Of a DNA stretch of 64,000 nucleotides, positions 26,874 through 38,350 are shown piece after piece. The stretch's first letter is position 1. Every line of letters begins with the position of its first letter. This DNA is from Prionailurus viverrinus (taxonomy: Eukaryota). The stretch is from positions 18,286,144 through 18,350,143 of the forward strand of contig NC_062576.1 in the NCBI RefSeq assembly GCF_022837055.1, given 5' to 3'. The notes beneath the pieces are model-generated. The model ran no database searches and had not been told where the DNA came from. It saw nothing but the letters and a program-made list of their open reading frames with translations. Position numbers and translations under genes: made by a program.

Positions 26874-28211
26874 GTACCTGGCTTGCTTCCTCTATAATCA
26901 TTCTGCCTGTTCTGCCGCCTTGTCCTAGGGCTCTGCGCTGCCTTCTGAAGGGAAAACAAACTGGGGCTGTGGGAGGGGGTGGGGGCAACATTTGCAGGTT
27001 CTCCCCAAGGACAGAATTGCTGCTTCCTTCCTTCCTCCTCGCATGCCCACAGCAGACCCTCCCCTCCTTTGAGAGCTGTCAGCCCATCTCCCCTCCTGAC
27101 CTTCCAGGCTCTGGAGCCTGCTAGAAGCTCCCGACCACTCTGGTGCTAAACAATTATGCCGAGTGTGAGCATTTCATCCACTCAAACGGTGCCAGACTGT
27201 TGGGCAGTCTGGTGGGCAGTGACCGCAATTGTGGACGAGATGAGTTTGGGCTCGGGGACTGGTGACTGTTCCTCAGGAAGGCATCACAGGCCTGCGCTTG
27301 TGGCCTGGCCCTCGTTTACGTGGCCCTCGGGCCCTGGCCTGAAAATCCCCCATACCCAGGCCCTACCTCGGATCAGCTCAGTCCCTCTCTGGGTGGGGAG
27401 TGGTTGGGGGGGCCGGGAGGGGGGGCAGTGTTGAAAGCTCCCTAGGTTCCCCAGCCCACAGCAGCTCATTCTCTCAAACTCCACATCCTCCAGGCCAGGA
27501 GGACAGGGCCTCTCCCTCTTTGGAGCCCAATGTCATGGAGCCGTTCCTTTTCCACCCTCTCTGCCCACACCTCTTCCCTTCCGGTCTCCACTGAGAAGGT
27601 GCCTGCCTCAGGCCTCCCTCCCCCTCCCCTTCTGACTCATGGGAGCCTCACTAATGTCCTTGTGATGACCTTGTCAATGACTTGGCCTTCTTGACCTCAA
27701 CTCTTCTGTTCTGCTGCAGCCCCTCCTGGTGCCAGTCCACTCCGGGACCTGGTTATTCTCCCACCTCCCCCACCCTGGAAACTCAACCCCAGCCTCCTCA
27801 GTTGTCATGACCCCTCACGGCTTTTCAGTCCGTCTTCTGTCCCTCAGATTCTCTTCCTGGTCTCTTTCCTACACCAACTGGAGGTTGTCATCTTAACAGT
27901 CTCTTGTGTGCAGGACCTGTGGCCAAAGCCGGTCCTGGATTGCTGTGACCCCGACCTGTCCTTCCTGTCCTCATACCCAGGAGGGGCTTCGTGGCCATGG
28001 GGACAGATCCACAAAGATGACAGTATTACAAGTAGCTGATGGGTCAAGTGGCTCATTTCCAGACCAGCTCTGTTCAGTGGTTCTCTTCCTTCCTAACCAG
28101 ATTTCTCTCCACTTTTTTTCTGCATGCCTCTAAATATTTATCGTTTTCCACTCCCTTCCTATTTTCTATCCTATTTTTTAGTAGCATTTTATTTTATTTT
28201 ATTTTATTTTT

Positions 28212-28425
28212 ATTTTTTTTAATGTTTATTTATTTCTGAGAGAGGGAAAGACAGAGTGCAAGCTGGGCAGGGGCAGAGAGAGAGAGGGAGACACAGAATC
28301 CGAAGCAGGCTCCAGGCTCCGAGCTGTCTGCACAGAGCCCGACGCGGGGCTCGAACTCACGAACCGTGAGATCATGACCTGAGCCGAAGTTAGACACTCA
28401 ACCAATTGCGCCACCGAGGTGCCCC
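28212..28425 (-). mobile_element. Can-SINE
   Basis: plus strand shows reverse complement: tttttttaatgtttatttatt...gagatcatgacctgagccgaagttagacactcaaccaattgcgccaccgaggtgcccc. Confidence 0.85.
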
Positions 28426-28439
28426 TTTAAGAAGCCCTT

Positions 28440-28658
28440 TAAAGTTTATTTATTTTGAGAGAGAGCACATACGAGTGGGGGAGGGGTGGAGAGCGAGGGG
28501 CGGAGAGCGAGGGAGAGAGGGAATCCCAAGCAGGCTCCACGATGTCAGCCCTGAGCCCGACTCAGGGCTCGGCTCAAACCCACGAACCATGAGATCATGA
28601 CCTGAGCCGAAATCAAGAGTAAGATGCTTAACTGACTGAGCCACCTGGGTGCCCCACT
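28440..28658 (-). mobile_element. Can-SINE (tandem with previous copy, same orientation)
   Basis: ...gagatcatgacctgagccgaaatcaagagtaagatgcttaactgactgagccacctgggtgcccc. Confidence 0.85.
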
Positions 28659-28799
28659 CACTCTTCACTTCGCCACATACTTAGAAGTCCAGGCCATCTG
28701 GCAGGATCTGGGTCTGCATCCCCTTCCCTTATTTTATATCTGTGCTCATCTCCTTTCTACCTGTTGGGGACTCCATCAGGTGGCCCCGGGAACCTGGCT

Positions 28800-30515
28800 T
28801 ATCCTTCTGTGTCTCTTTTTAATTTAATTTTATTTTAATCCCAGTGTAATTAACCTACAGTATTAGACTTGGGTGTGCCATACAATGCCATATGCTTACT
28901 CAGTGCTCATCAGGATAAGTGTCCTCTTTACTCCCTTCACCTAGTTCACCCATCCCCCTCCACCTCCCCTCTGGTAACAGAGTTTGTTTGTCCTCTGTAG
29001 TTAAGAGTCTGTTTCTTGGTTTGTCTATTTTTCCCTTTATTCACTTGTTTCTTAAATTCCACATATGAGTGAAATCATACGGTATGTCTTTCTCTAACTT
29101 ACTTCGCTTCCCATCATGCTCTCCAGCTCCATCCATGTTGTTGCAAATGGCGAGATTTCATTATTGTTATGGCTGCGTAATATTCCATTGTGTGTATATA
29201 TCACATCTTCTGTATCCTTTCTTCTGTTGATGGACGCTTGGGCTTCCACAATTTGGCTATTGTAAATAACGCCGCAATACACAAAGGGGCGCATATATCC
29301 TTTCGAATTAGTGTTTTCACATCCTTTGGGTAAATACCCCATAGGGTGATGACTGGATCGTAGGGTAGATCTATTTTGAATTTTTTGCGAAACCTCCATA
29401 CTGGTTTCCACAGTGGCTGCACCAGTTTGCATTCCCACCAACAGTACCCAAGGATTCCTTTTTTTCTCCACACCCTCGCCAACTCTTATTGTTTCATGTG
29501 TTTTTGATTTGGGCCATTCTGACAGGTGTGAGGGGATATCTTCTTGTGGTTTTGATTTGCATTTCCCTGATAATGAGTCCTGTTGAGCATCTTTTCATGT
29601 ATCTTTTGGCCATCTGGATGTCTTTGGGGAAGTGTCTATTCATGTCTTCTGTCCGTTTTAATTTAGATTATTTTTTGATGTTGAGTTGTGTAAGTTCTTT
29701 ATATATTTTGGATACTCTAACCCTTTATGGATATGTCTTCTCCCATTCTGTAGGTTGTCTTAGTTTTGTCGGTCATTTCCTTGGCTGTGCAGAAGCTTTT
29801 TATTTTGATGTAGTCCCAATAGGTTGTTCTTGCTTTCTCTCTCTTGCTCAGGAGACCATACCTAGAAACATGTTGCTATGGTCAATGTCAGAGACATTAC
29901 CGTCTGTGCTCTTTTCTAGGATTTTTATGGTTTCAGGTCTCACATTCAGGTCCTTAATCCATTTTCAGTTAATTTTTGGGTATGGTGTAAGAAAGCGGTA
30001 CCGTTGCATTTTTTCTTTTTTTGCATGTAACTGTCCAGTTTTCCCAGCACCATTTGTTGAAAAGACTTTTTCCCATTGCATTCTCTTGCCTCCTTTACCA
30101 AAGATTAATTGACCATATAATTGTAGCTTTCTATTCTGTTCCATTGATCTATGTTTATTTTTGCCCCAGGACCATATTGTCATGATCACTACAGCTTTGT
30201 GATAGAATTTGAAATCTGGAATAGTGCTACCTCCAGCTTTGTTTTTCTTTTTCAAGATGGCTTTGGTTATTCTGGGTCTTTTGTGGTTCCATACAGATTT
30301 TGGGATTGTTCTAGTTCTCTGAAAAATGCTGTTGGTATTTTGATAGGGATTTCATGAAATCTGTAGATTGCTTTGGGGCAGTATGGACGTTTTAACAATA
30401 TTCTTCTAATCCATGAGCGTAAAATGTCTTTCCATCTGTGTCTCCTTTAATTTCTTTCATCAATGCCTTGTAGTTTCAGGGTACAGGTCTTTCACCTCCC
30501 TGGGTAAGTTTATAT
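28800..30515 (-). mobile_element. 5'-truncated LINE-1 (L1) fragment, 3' end of ORF2 + 3'UTR
   Basis: minus ORFs 29094..29482 encode L1 ORF2 C-terminus (...PKGCENTNSKGYMRPFVYCGVIYNSQIVEAQ...FATTWMELESMMGSEVS); plus strand carries the characteristic antisense-L1 sequence (tattccattgtgtgtatatatcacatcttct...). Confidence 0.8.
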
Positions 30516-30690
30516 ACTTCTATCTTTTTTATTTATTTATTTTGAGAGAGGGAGAGAGAGAATCCCAAGCAGGTGCCGCGTCATCAGCGTGGAACCCGAT
30601 GGGGGGCTCGAAGTCCTGAACATGAATGAGGTCATGACCTGAGCCGTCCAACACTTAACCTGTAACCCCACCTGGAGCTTCTCTTTCCTC
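30516..30690 (-). mobile_element. Can-SINE (partial)
   Basis: ttttatttatttattttgagagagggagagagagaatcccaagcaggtgccgcgtcatcagcgtggaacccgat... Confidence 0.7.
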
Positions 30691-30954
30691 TCTGTCTTTA
30701 ATTTCCCCACTACTGCTGCCTTTCTCTTGGCCAATAAATATGCTCTGTCTCTTCCATCCTTCTCTGCCCTTAAAGGCTTACTTGCAGAAGCTTTCATTCT
30801 AAAGAATACATCCAGAAGGCTGTAAGGTCCTTCGTGACTTCTGCCCCCAATCTCTACTCGCCATTCGCCGGAGCCCTCTACTGTCATCCATTCAGGGTCT
30901 GTGCTTCCAGATATGTTTATGCATTAACATCAGTATGTATAAAAAAAAAAATCA

Positions 30955-31200
30955 GGGGCGCCTGGGTGGCACAGTCGGTTAAGCGTCCGACTTCAGCCAG
31001 GTCACAATCTCGCGGTCTGTGAGTTCGAGCCCCGCGTCAGGCTCTGGGCTGATGGCTCGGAGCCTGGAGCCTGTTTCCGATTCTGTGTCTCCCTCTCTCT
31101 CTGGCCCTCCCCCGTTCATGCTCTGTCTCTCTCTGTCCCAAAAATAAATAAACGTTGAAAAAAAAAAAATTAAAAAAAAAAAATCATATCAACTATAACC
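30955..31200 (+). mobile_element. Can-SINE with A-rich tail
   Basis: gggcgcctgggtggcacagtcggttaagcgtccgacttcagccaggtcacaatctcgcggtctgtgagttcgagccccgcgtc... Confidence 0.85.
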
Positions 31201-31237
31201 TATTTGCATAAAGCTATCACATTGTCACTTGCCAGTG

Positions 31238-31468
31238 TATTTTTTTTTAATTTTTTTTTCAACGTTTATTTATTTTTTGGGGGACAGAGAGAGACAGAGC
31301 ATGAACGGGGGAGGGGCAGAGAGAGAGGGAGACACAGAATCGGAAACAGGCTCCAGGCTCCGAGCCATCAGCCCAGAGCCTGACGCGGGGCTCGAACTCA
31401 CGGACCGCGAGATGGTGACCTGGCTGAAGTCGGACGCTTAACCGACTGCGCCACCCAGGTGCCCCTGC
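31238..31468 (-). mobile_element. Can-SINE, tail-to-tail inverted partner of 30955-31200
   Basis: ...gggctcgaactcacggaccgcgagatggtgacctggctgaagtcggacgcttaaccgactgcgccacccaggtgcccc. Confidence 0.85.
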
Positions 31469-31653
31469 CAGTGTATTTTGAATGAGCTTCTGCATATTGT
31501 TATATAAGTCTCATTTGTTCTATGTAATTCCAGATGATGCTAAAAGCTCAGCCATTTTCCTGTTGAGTATCATTCATGGTGTTTCCGATTTATAAGGAAA
31601 AAGTGTTGTGACGAGTATCCTTATCTGTGTGTCCTTGTTCATGTTCCTGTTTG

Positions 31654-31654
<1 letters not shown>

Positions 31655-31685
<31 letters not shown>

Positions 31686-31688
31686 TTA
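31655..31688. repeat. (GT)n microsatellite
   Basis: tgtgtgtgtgtgtgtgtgtgtgtgtgtgtg. Confidence 0.9.
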
Positions 31689-31726
31689 AAAACATTTTTT
31701 CAAGATTTTTTTTAATTAAAAATTTT

Positions 31727-31922
31727 TTTAATGTTTATTCATTCTTGAGAGACAGAATGTGAGTGGGGGAGGAGCAGAGAAAGAGAGGGAGACACAGAAT
31801 CTAAAGCAGGCCCTGGGCTCTGAGCTGTCAGCACAGAGCCCGATGTGGGGCTCGAACCCAGGAGCCGTGAGATCATGACCTGAGCCAAAGTCGGACGCTT
31901 AACCGGCTATCAGGGCCTCTCA
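31727..31922 (-). mobile_element. Can-SINE
   Basis: tttaatgtttattcattcttgagagacagaatgtgagtggggga...gagatcatgacctgagccaaagtcggacgcttaaccggc. Confidence 0.8.
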
Positions 31923-31937
31923 AGATTTTATTTTTAG

Positions 31938-32135
31938 GGGCGCCTGAGTGGCTCAGTCAGTTAAGCCTCCAACTTCAGCTCAGGTCATGATCTCACAGTT
32001 TCTGAGTTCGAGAGCCCGGAGCCTGCTTTGAATTCTGTCTCCTTCTCTCTCTGCCCCTCCCCACTTGTGTTCTTTCTCTCAAAAATAAATAAATAAATGT
32101 AAAAAAAAAAAACAAAAAAAAGAAAGAAAGATTTT
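31938..32135 (+). mobile_element. Can-SINE, head-to-head inverted partner of 31727-31922
   Basis: ggggcgcctgagtggctcagtcagttaagcctccaacttcagctcaggtcatgatctcacagtttctgagttcgag... Confidence 0.8.
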
Positions 32136-32222
32136 AAGTAATCTCTGCACCCAACCTGGGGCTTGAACTTACAACCCTGAGATCGAGTTCCATGTTCTAC
32201 CAACTTAAGCCAACCTGGCACG
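32136..32222 (-). mobile_element. tRNA-like SINE head fragment (would fold as a tRNA pseudogene)
   Basis: minus strand gtgccaggttggcttaagttggtagaacatggaactcgatctcagggttgtaagttcaagccccaggttgggtgcag: A/B-box-like segments. Confidence 0.5.
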
Positions 32223-32289
32223 TATAGTGTTTCCTGTTCTTTAAGAGTAGAAACTATTAAGAATTGCTGGGTCCCAGGATACGCACGTG

Positions 32290-32499
32290 AAATTTTTTTA
32301 CATTTATTTATTTTTGAGAAACCACAAGTGGGGGAGGGGCAGAGAGAGAAGGAGACACAGAATCTGAAGCAGGCTCCAGGCTCCGAGCTGTCAGCGCAGA
32401 GCCCGACGCGGGGCTCGAACGCACGGACCGCGGGATCATGACCTGAGCTGAAGTCGGACGCTCAACCGACTCAGCCACCCAGGCGCCCCTGAAATTTAA
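32290..32499 (-). mobile_element. Can-SINE
   Basis: ...gggctcgaacgcacggaccgcgggatcatgacctgagctgaagtcggacgctcaaccgactcagccacccaggcgcccc. Confidence 0.85.
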
Positions 32500-32799
32500 A
32501 TTTAAAAGTAGGAACTTTTATGAGGGCCCTATATATAAATCCAATTTCTAGCTATTTACTGCTGCTGCTTTCCTTTCATACTTACCCTTTGATAACTGCT
32601 TGATGTCCTCTGCCCCATTTCCTCACAAGCCCCTACATCTGTCCCTGCCCCCACCCCTCACCTCCACTGAACTTGCTTTCACAAAGCTCCAAGGCCTCCC
32701 AACTCCTAATCCCTAACCTGGGTGGACATTCTGTGTCTCACGGGTCTTCTTAGCCACAACCATTGTTGACCTGCCCTGTTATTAAAACTTATCTTTTTG

Positions 32800-33000
32800 G
32801 AGTGGCTCCCTTGGTTGAGTGTCTGATATTTTATTTTGGCTCAGCTCACGGTCTCATGGTTCATTAGTTCAAGCCCCGCATTGGGCTCTGTGCTAAGGGC
32901 ATGGATCCTGCTTGAGATTCTCTGTCTCCGTCTCTCTCTGCCCCTCCCCTGCTCACTCTCTCTCTCTCTCAAAATAAACACTTAAAAAAAAAAAAAAAAA
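32800..33000 (+). mobile_element. divergent Can-SINE with A17 tail
   Basis: tggagtggctcccttggttgagtgtctgat...gttcaagccccgcattgggctctgtgct...caaaataaacacttaaaaaaaa. Confidence 0.7.
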
Positions 33001-33814
33001 CCTTGTCTTTTTTCCCCTCCACCCGGCCCCCCGCTAAAACTTATCTTCCTGTTTTACTCTGTGGATATCTCTTTCCATCTTCTTCTATGTCTCCCTCTCC
33101 TCTCCTGCCCTCTGCCTTCAGATTCTGTCCTGAACCTCCTGTGAGCCCTCTCATGCTCTTGTGGCCTTGACCACTTCGTCTATGTTAGACATCCACCCCT
33201 GTACCGTCGCTGGGAGCTGCCGACCTCTGAGCCCCTAGCTGCCTGTGTGAGGCTCTCTCCTGGATGTCCCACTGCCACGTCCTACTGGACATCCAAACCC
33301 GACACTTTCCCTTCCCCCCAAATCTGCTCTTCTCCCGCATTCCCAATCTTATGTGGCGATACTACTGGGTACCTAGTCACCTGAGCTGGAAGCCTGCAGT
33401 GGCGTGGGGGATAGACAGGAAGGAGACCAGGGTGGCCGCCAGGAGACAGATTAGGAAGATCTTTCCATTATCCAGGCAAGAGATGGTGACTTAGGTGAGG
33501 GGAATGGCAGCGGTAAAGGCAGATGTAGCTTTCAGAGGAACAGGGAGAAAATGATGATAGAGTAGATGTGGGAGGTGAAAAACCCCCACGTTCCTTCCAG
33601 AAATCTCACTTTCTCCTCTTCCTGCACCTTTATATCAAAAGCCAGCTCTTCCTTTGAGCCCCTGCTCAAATGCCACTCCCAGAGGGCTTTTCCTGATGTG
33701 CCCTAGGTTTCTGCAACCTCTGTCCCTTGACACTGTCCACGGTGTGCTTGGAGACAGGGGTCTGTATCTGTCTTATCACCTGCTGGACACTTCCAATCCA
33801 GGAAGATGGGTGTG

Positions 33815-33838
33815 TGTGTGTGTGTGTGTGTGTGGCCT
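33815..33838. repeat. (GT)n microsatellite
   Basis: gtgtgtgtgtgtgtgtgtgtgtg. Confidence 0.9.
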
Positions 33839-34655
33839 GCCCCTACCACAATCAGCCAGGTGCTGTGCCCATTGAAGATGCACAAGGAAGGGCTCGCCTG
33901 CCTCCAACCCAGTGTGTGGTCAGTGGGGAGAGAGTAGAGCTGCTCGACCTTTCTGCGCTGGGTCACTCTGGTCAGCGAAAGGAGCGGCAGGCAGCTAAGC
34001 TTCACTAAAGACTGAGGTTCAAGTCCGGATCCCGTTCATCACTAGTTGTGTGACCTTGGGCATATCTCTTCCAGCCTCTCTGAGCCTCTTTCTCTCCTTT
34101 CCTGCCTCCCTCAGATCAAAGACCAAGTGAAGTTCTACTCTTAGAAACCTTTCTACAAACTTCTAAAAGGTTTGGATGCTTGTTGCCAGGTCCCCCTTCC
34201 TGATGAAAAGAGACGTGATGGCTGGAGCACGGTGGCCATCTTGTGACCATGAAGCGACCCCGATGACAAAGCCACGTGCCAAAGCATGCCTGTTACAGCC
34301 GTCCAGGCTTCCCACTTCCTTACTTTCTGCACTTCCCCGGGGCATACTAGGCCTTGAGGTGTGTCCCAGTTTCCCAGCCTAGGTTTCTAATTCAGAACCA
34401 CTTCTAAGCACTTCCTACAGAGGATCGCGTGTTCTTGGCTCCTTGGTAGTGGCTTCCTCTTGCTCGGTCAGCTGTTTTAGTTCTTCAGGTCAGATGGCTT
34501 TGGGACTACCCCTACCTTGTACATTCCACTTGGCGGCTTTTGGGGGGACCTATAAAGATGGGTGCTGCGGACTCTGACCTCCAAGGTATTGGGCGTGACT
34601 CCTGGAGTCACAGTACTTACTGGATGTCCCATGACCTCCCTTCTTCCCTTGTCAG

Positions 34656-34779
34656 GACATCACTCCACTGCAGGTGGTTATGCCCAACACTGCCCTCCAT
34701 CTTAAGGCGTTGCTGGATTTTGAGGATAAGAATGGAGAGAAGGTGGTGGCAGGAGATGAGTGGCTATTTGAAGGACCTG
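34656..34779 (+). CDS. MVP: MVP coding exon (after 7.8-kb intron)
   Basis: AG 34654-34655; [41 protein letters not shown] + 1 nt; donor g|GTaagt 34780-34781. Confidence 0.9.
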
Positions 34780-34879
34780 GTAAGTTCCTTCCGTTGGCCA
34801 GAGTCCGGGTCAGAGGCTCCTGGCCTTTCCATTATAGCTCTGATACCTGCTCACCTCCAGCCTCTTCTCCCCTCCCCAG

Positions 34880-35011
34880 GCACATATATCCCCCAGAAGG
34901 AGGTGGAGGTCCTGGAGATTATCCAGGCCACGGTCATCAGGCAGAACCAGGCCCTGCGGCTGAGGGCCCGCAAGGAGTGCTGGGACCGGGACGGCAAGGA
35001 GAGGGTGACAG
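34880..35011 (+). CDS. MVP: MVP coding exon
   Basis: AG 34878-34879; (G)[43 protein letters not shown] + 1 nt; donor g|GTgggg 35012-35013. Confidence 0.9.
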
Positions 35012-35246
35012 GTGGGGTCGATAAGGGGTGCTGATGGGGGCGGACAGGCCGTGCTCTGCCCGCAGGGTTGGGGATGGCCACTGGCAGCCTGGGAGGAAGT
35101 ATTTCCCTGGGATCTCTCTTATAAGCTTTTGGGGGCTGCCCACTGCTGCTTTCCCTAACCCCCCCTGTGCGGGCTCTCCCCTGACCCTGTTGTCATGTTG
35201 ACATGGCTTCTCCCTCCCCCCAACCCCCACCCTTCACCCGACCCAG

Positions 35247-35341
35247 GGGAAGAATGGCTGGTGCGTTCCGTGGGGGCATATCTCCCGGGAGTGTTTGAGG
35301 AGGTTCTGGATTTGGTGGACGCCGTGATCCTCACAGAAAAG
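35247..35341 (+). CDS. MVP: MVP coding exon
   Basis: AG 35245-35246; (G)[31 protein letters not shown]; donor aag|GTctgt 35342-35343. Confidence 0.9.
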
Positions 35342-35639
35342 GTCTGTGCTCTGGGGGGTTAAGAGACCCTGGGGTAGGGATCACTCTGAGCGGCAGAGAA
35401 TAGTGGCAGAGGACATGAACGTGAAAGAGAAGCAATATTTCTAAGGCCACTAAAAGAAAACTGCAGAGGTCAGATACCTGAGGGGTATCCTGAGTCCTCT
35501 GAGAGGGTTAAAATGCCCTCCTGGGTTGGTGGAGACTGGCGGTCAGGCCTGGGAGCACTTAGTGGCCAGTGGGGCTCCCAGGTCCCCTGAGGAACTTGGA
35601 GATCGGTTTCCCCAAACGCCCCGACCTCTTGTCCTACAG

Positions 35640-35876
35640 ACGGCCCTGCACCTCCGGGCTCGGCAGAACTTCCGAGACTTGAGAGGAGTGACCCGTCGCA
35701 CGGGGGAGGAGTGGCTGGTGACCGTGCAGGACACGGAGGCCCATGTGCCAGACGTCTACGAGGAGGTGCTGGGGGTCGTGCCCATCACCACCTTGGGCCC
35801 CCGCAACTACTGTGTGATTCTCGACCCAGTGGGACCGGATGGCAAGAACCAGCTGGGGCAGAAGCGTGTGGTCAAG
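35640..35876 (+). CDS. MVP: MVP coding exon
   Basis: AG 35638-35639; [79 protein letters not shown]; donor aag|GTgagt 35877-35878; frame = ORF 35526..35930. Confidence 0.9.
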
Positions 35877-36505
35877 GTGAGTGCCTCCATTTCACCTGGA
35901 GCTCTGCTCTGGGAGGGCGAATGCCCTTGACTGGAGGCCCTCGGACCTCTTCCTTCCCTCCTCCCACCCCAGGTACATGCTCTAGAAGCACCAAGCTTGT
36001 TCTGGCTCCCTCTGTGTCCTTGCACGTCTAGTTCTGTCTTTTGAGACAGAGTCCCCCTGATCTCCCTGGTGGCCCCCAACCTCAGTTTCCACACAGTTTC
36101 TTCTGGGAGCACCTCCCGGGTCCCATCCGTGCCTGCTGTTCTGGAAACCTTGTCATCTTGCATAAAACAAACCTCTTGGTTTACGCTTCTCCCCGCCCCA
36201 CCTCACCCCTCTCTTAACTCTACATGGGACTATCAGGGATCGACACACTTTTCTGTAAAGGGCCAGATCGTAGATACTTTGGGCTTTGGGAGCACATTCC
36301 ACTGTACTGGTGGAGCAAAAGCATAGACAGCTTGTAAATGAGCGAGTGCCTCTGTGTTCCTGTAACATTTTACTTCCCGAAATAGCCCAAATGTCTAGCG
36401 GTGGATGAACAGATCACAAATTGAGGCATATCCACACAATGGAATATCCTTCAGCTATAAAAGGAAATAAGCATGTACGGATGCTCGTGTGCTAATGATC
36501 AGCAT

Positions 36506-36729
36506 TCAGGGCGCCTGGGTGGCTCAGTCGGCTGAGCGTCCGACTTCAGCTCAGGTCGTGATCTCACAGCTCGTGACTTTGAGCCCCACATCGGGCTCTG
36601 TGCTGACAGCTCAGAGCCTGGAGCCTGCTTCGGATTCTGTGTCTCCCTCTCTCTGCCCCTCCCTCACTCACGTTCTGTCTCTCTCTCTCTCTCTCTCTCT
36701 CTCAAAAACAAATAAACATTAAAAAAAAC
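36506..36729 (+). mobile_element. Can-SINE with (CT)n and A tail
   Basis: cagggcgcctgggtggctcagtcggctgagcgtccgacttcagctcaggtcgtgatctcacagctcgtgactttgagcccc... Confidence 0.85.
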
Positions 36730-36789
36730 CGACATGAGTATTTCAGCTAGTACTTGGAATTGTTTAATTCCATTTATTTTACTTTTTAA

Positions 36790-36962
36790 AATGTAGTTTT
36801 GGGGGGGGAGGGGCAGAGAGAGAGGAGAGAGAGAGGATCCCAAGCAGCCTCCACGCTTAGTGCAGAGCCCGATGTGGGGCTTGATCCCATGACCTTGAGA
36901 TCACGACCTGAGCTGAAATCAAGAGCTGGATACTCAACTGACTGCGGCAGCCACGCACCCCT
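36790..36962 (-). mobile_element. Can-SINE (tail-to-tail with previous)
   Basis: ...gagatcacgacctgagctgaaatcaagagctggatactcaactgactgcggcagccacgcacccc. Confidence 0.8.
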
Positions 36963-37321
36963 GTGTGGTTCCGTTTATACAAAATGTCCCAAATGGGTAA
37001 ATCCGTAGTGATAGAAAATAGATTAGTGGTTAGAGGGGGGAGGGATGGACAGAGAGGAACCGCTAATGAGTTTTTCAGGGTGATGAAAACCCTGGGATTA
37101 GATCCTAGAGATGACCGGACAACTCTGTGGATATGCCAAAACAACTGAATTGTAGACTTTAACCGGAAACATTGTATGGTATATAGATTATATCTCAAAT
37201 AGATTGTGGAAAAAAAAAAAAATAGTGGCCAGATTTGGCCCAGAAACTGAGTTTGCCAATGTCCAGACGACACCATCCCAAGAAAACAACGCATGGGAGA
37301 AATGAGCAACAAGAGGGTCAT

Positions 37322-37552
37322 TCTTATTTTTTTAAAGCTTTTTTTTTTTTTTTTTCAATGTTTAGTTTTGAAAAAGAGAGAGAGAGAGAGTGCATGGGAG
37401 GGACGGGGGTGGTGAGGAGGGAGGGAGGGAGGGAGGGAGAGAGAGAGAATCCCAAGCAGGCTCCACACTGTCAGCACAGAGCCAGATGTGGGGCTCAAAA
37501 CTCCCAAACCATGAGATCACGACCTGCCCTGAAATCAAGAGTTGGACACTTA
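37322..37552 (-). mobile_element. Can-SINE
   Basis: tttttttttttttttcaatgtttagttttgaaaaagagagaga...gagatcacgacctgccctgaaatcaagagttggacacttacc. Confidence 0.8.
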
Positions 37553-37750
37553 CCTGGGTGGTTCAGTTGGGCGTCTGATTTTAGCTCAGGTCACGATCTC
37601 GCAGTTTGAGTTCAAGCCCCGCGTCGGGCTCTGTGCTGACATCTCAGAGCCTGGAGCCTCTTTTGGATTCTGTGTCTCCCTCTCTCTCTGCCCCTCCCCC
37701 ACTCATGCTCTGTCTCTCCCAAAAATGAATTAAAAAAAAAAAGGGGGGGG
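37553..37750 (+). mobile_element. Can-SINE directly abutting (0 bp) the head of the inverted copy at 37322-37552
   Basis: tgggtggttcagttgggcgtctgattttagctcaggtcacgatctcgcagtttgagttcaagccccgcgtcgggctctgtgctgac... Confidence 0.8.
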
Positions 37751-38068
37751 GGGTTGGACGCTTTAGTGACTGAGCCACCCAGGCTCTCCAAGAGGTTTAT
37801 TCTTAACGGTTGAGCTTGTGAGGGTCCAGGTCCTGACGGTTTACAGGATTTATCAAGGGCAGTTTGACCGGACAAGATCTGTGGGCATTTGTCGAGAGCC
37901 TCATGGTCCCGATAATGCTTCGCTGTATTACGGTGGGTACGTCAGGAGGGTCTTTTGGGGCTCCTGTCCTCATCAGAAGCCTGCGGCCACAGGAACCAAA
38001 AGAGGTGCTATCAGAGGCAGTCACAACTCTGGGTGGAAACCTCTTCTAACCCCATGTCTTTCCGCTAG

Positions 38069-38350
38069 GGCGAGAAGTCTTTTTTCCTCCAGCCTGGAGA
38101 GAGGCTGGAGCGAGGCATCCAGGATATATATGTGCTGTCAGAGCAGCAGGGGCTGCTGCTGAGGGCCCTGCAACCCCTGGAGGAGGGAGAAGAGGAGGAG
38201 AAGGTCTCCCACCAGGCTGGGGACAACTGGCTCATCCGCGGGCCCCTGGAGTACGTGCCCTCTGCCAAGGTAGAGGTGGTGGAAGAACGTCAGGCCATCC
38301 CTCTGGACGAGAATGAGGGCATCTACGTGCAGGATGTCAAGACTGGAAGG
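38069..38350 (+). CDS. MVP: MVP coding exon
   Basis: AG 38067-38068; [94 protein letters not shown]; donor agg|GTaaca 38351-38352; frame = ORF 38132..38542. Confidence 0.9.

Noticed and set aside
29094-30112. ORFs 29094..29482 (-) and 29489..30112 (+)
   Set aside because: Remnants of an L1 ORF2 3' region (sense on minus) plus the fortuitous antisense-L1 open frame; a mobile-element fragment, not a host gene.
34540-35034. ORF 34540..35034 and 34674..35024 as single genes
   Set aside because: They are MVP exons 3 and 4 read through introns in two different frames; handled as separate spliced exons.
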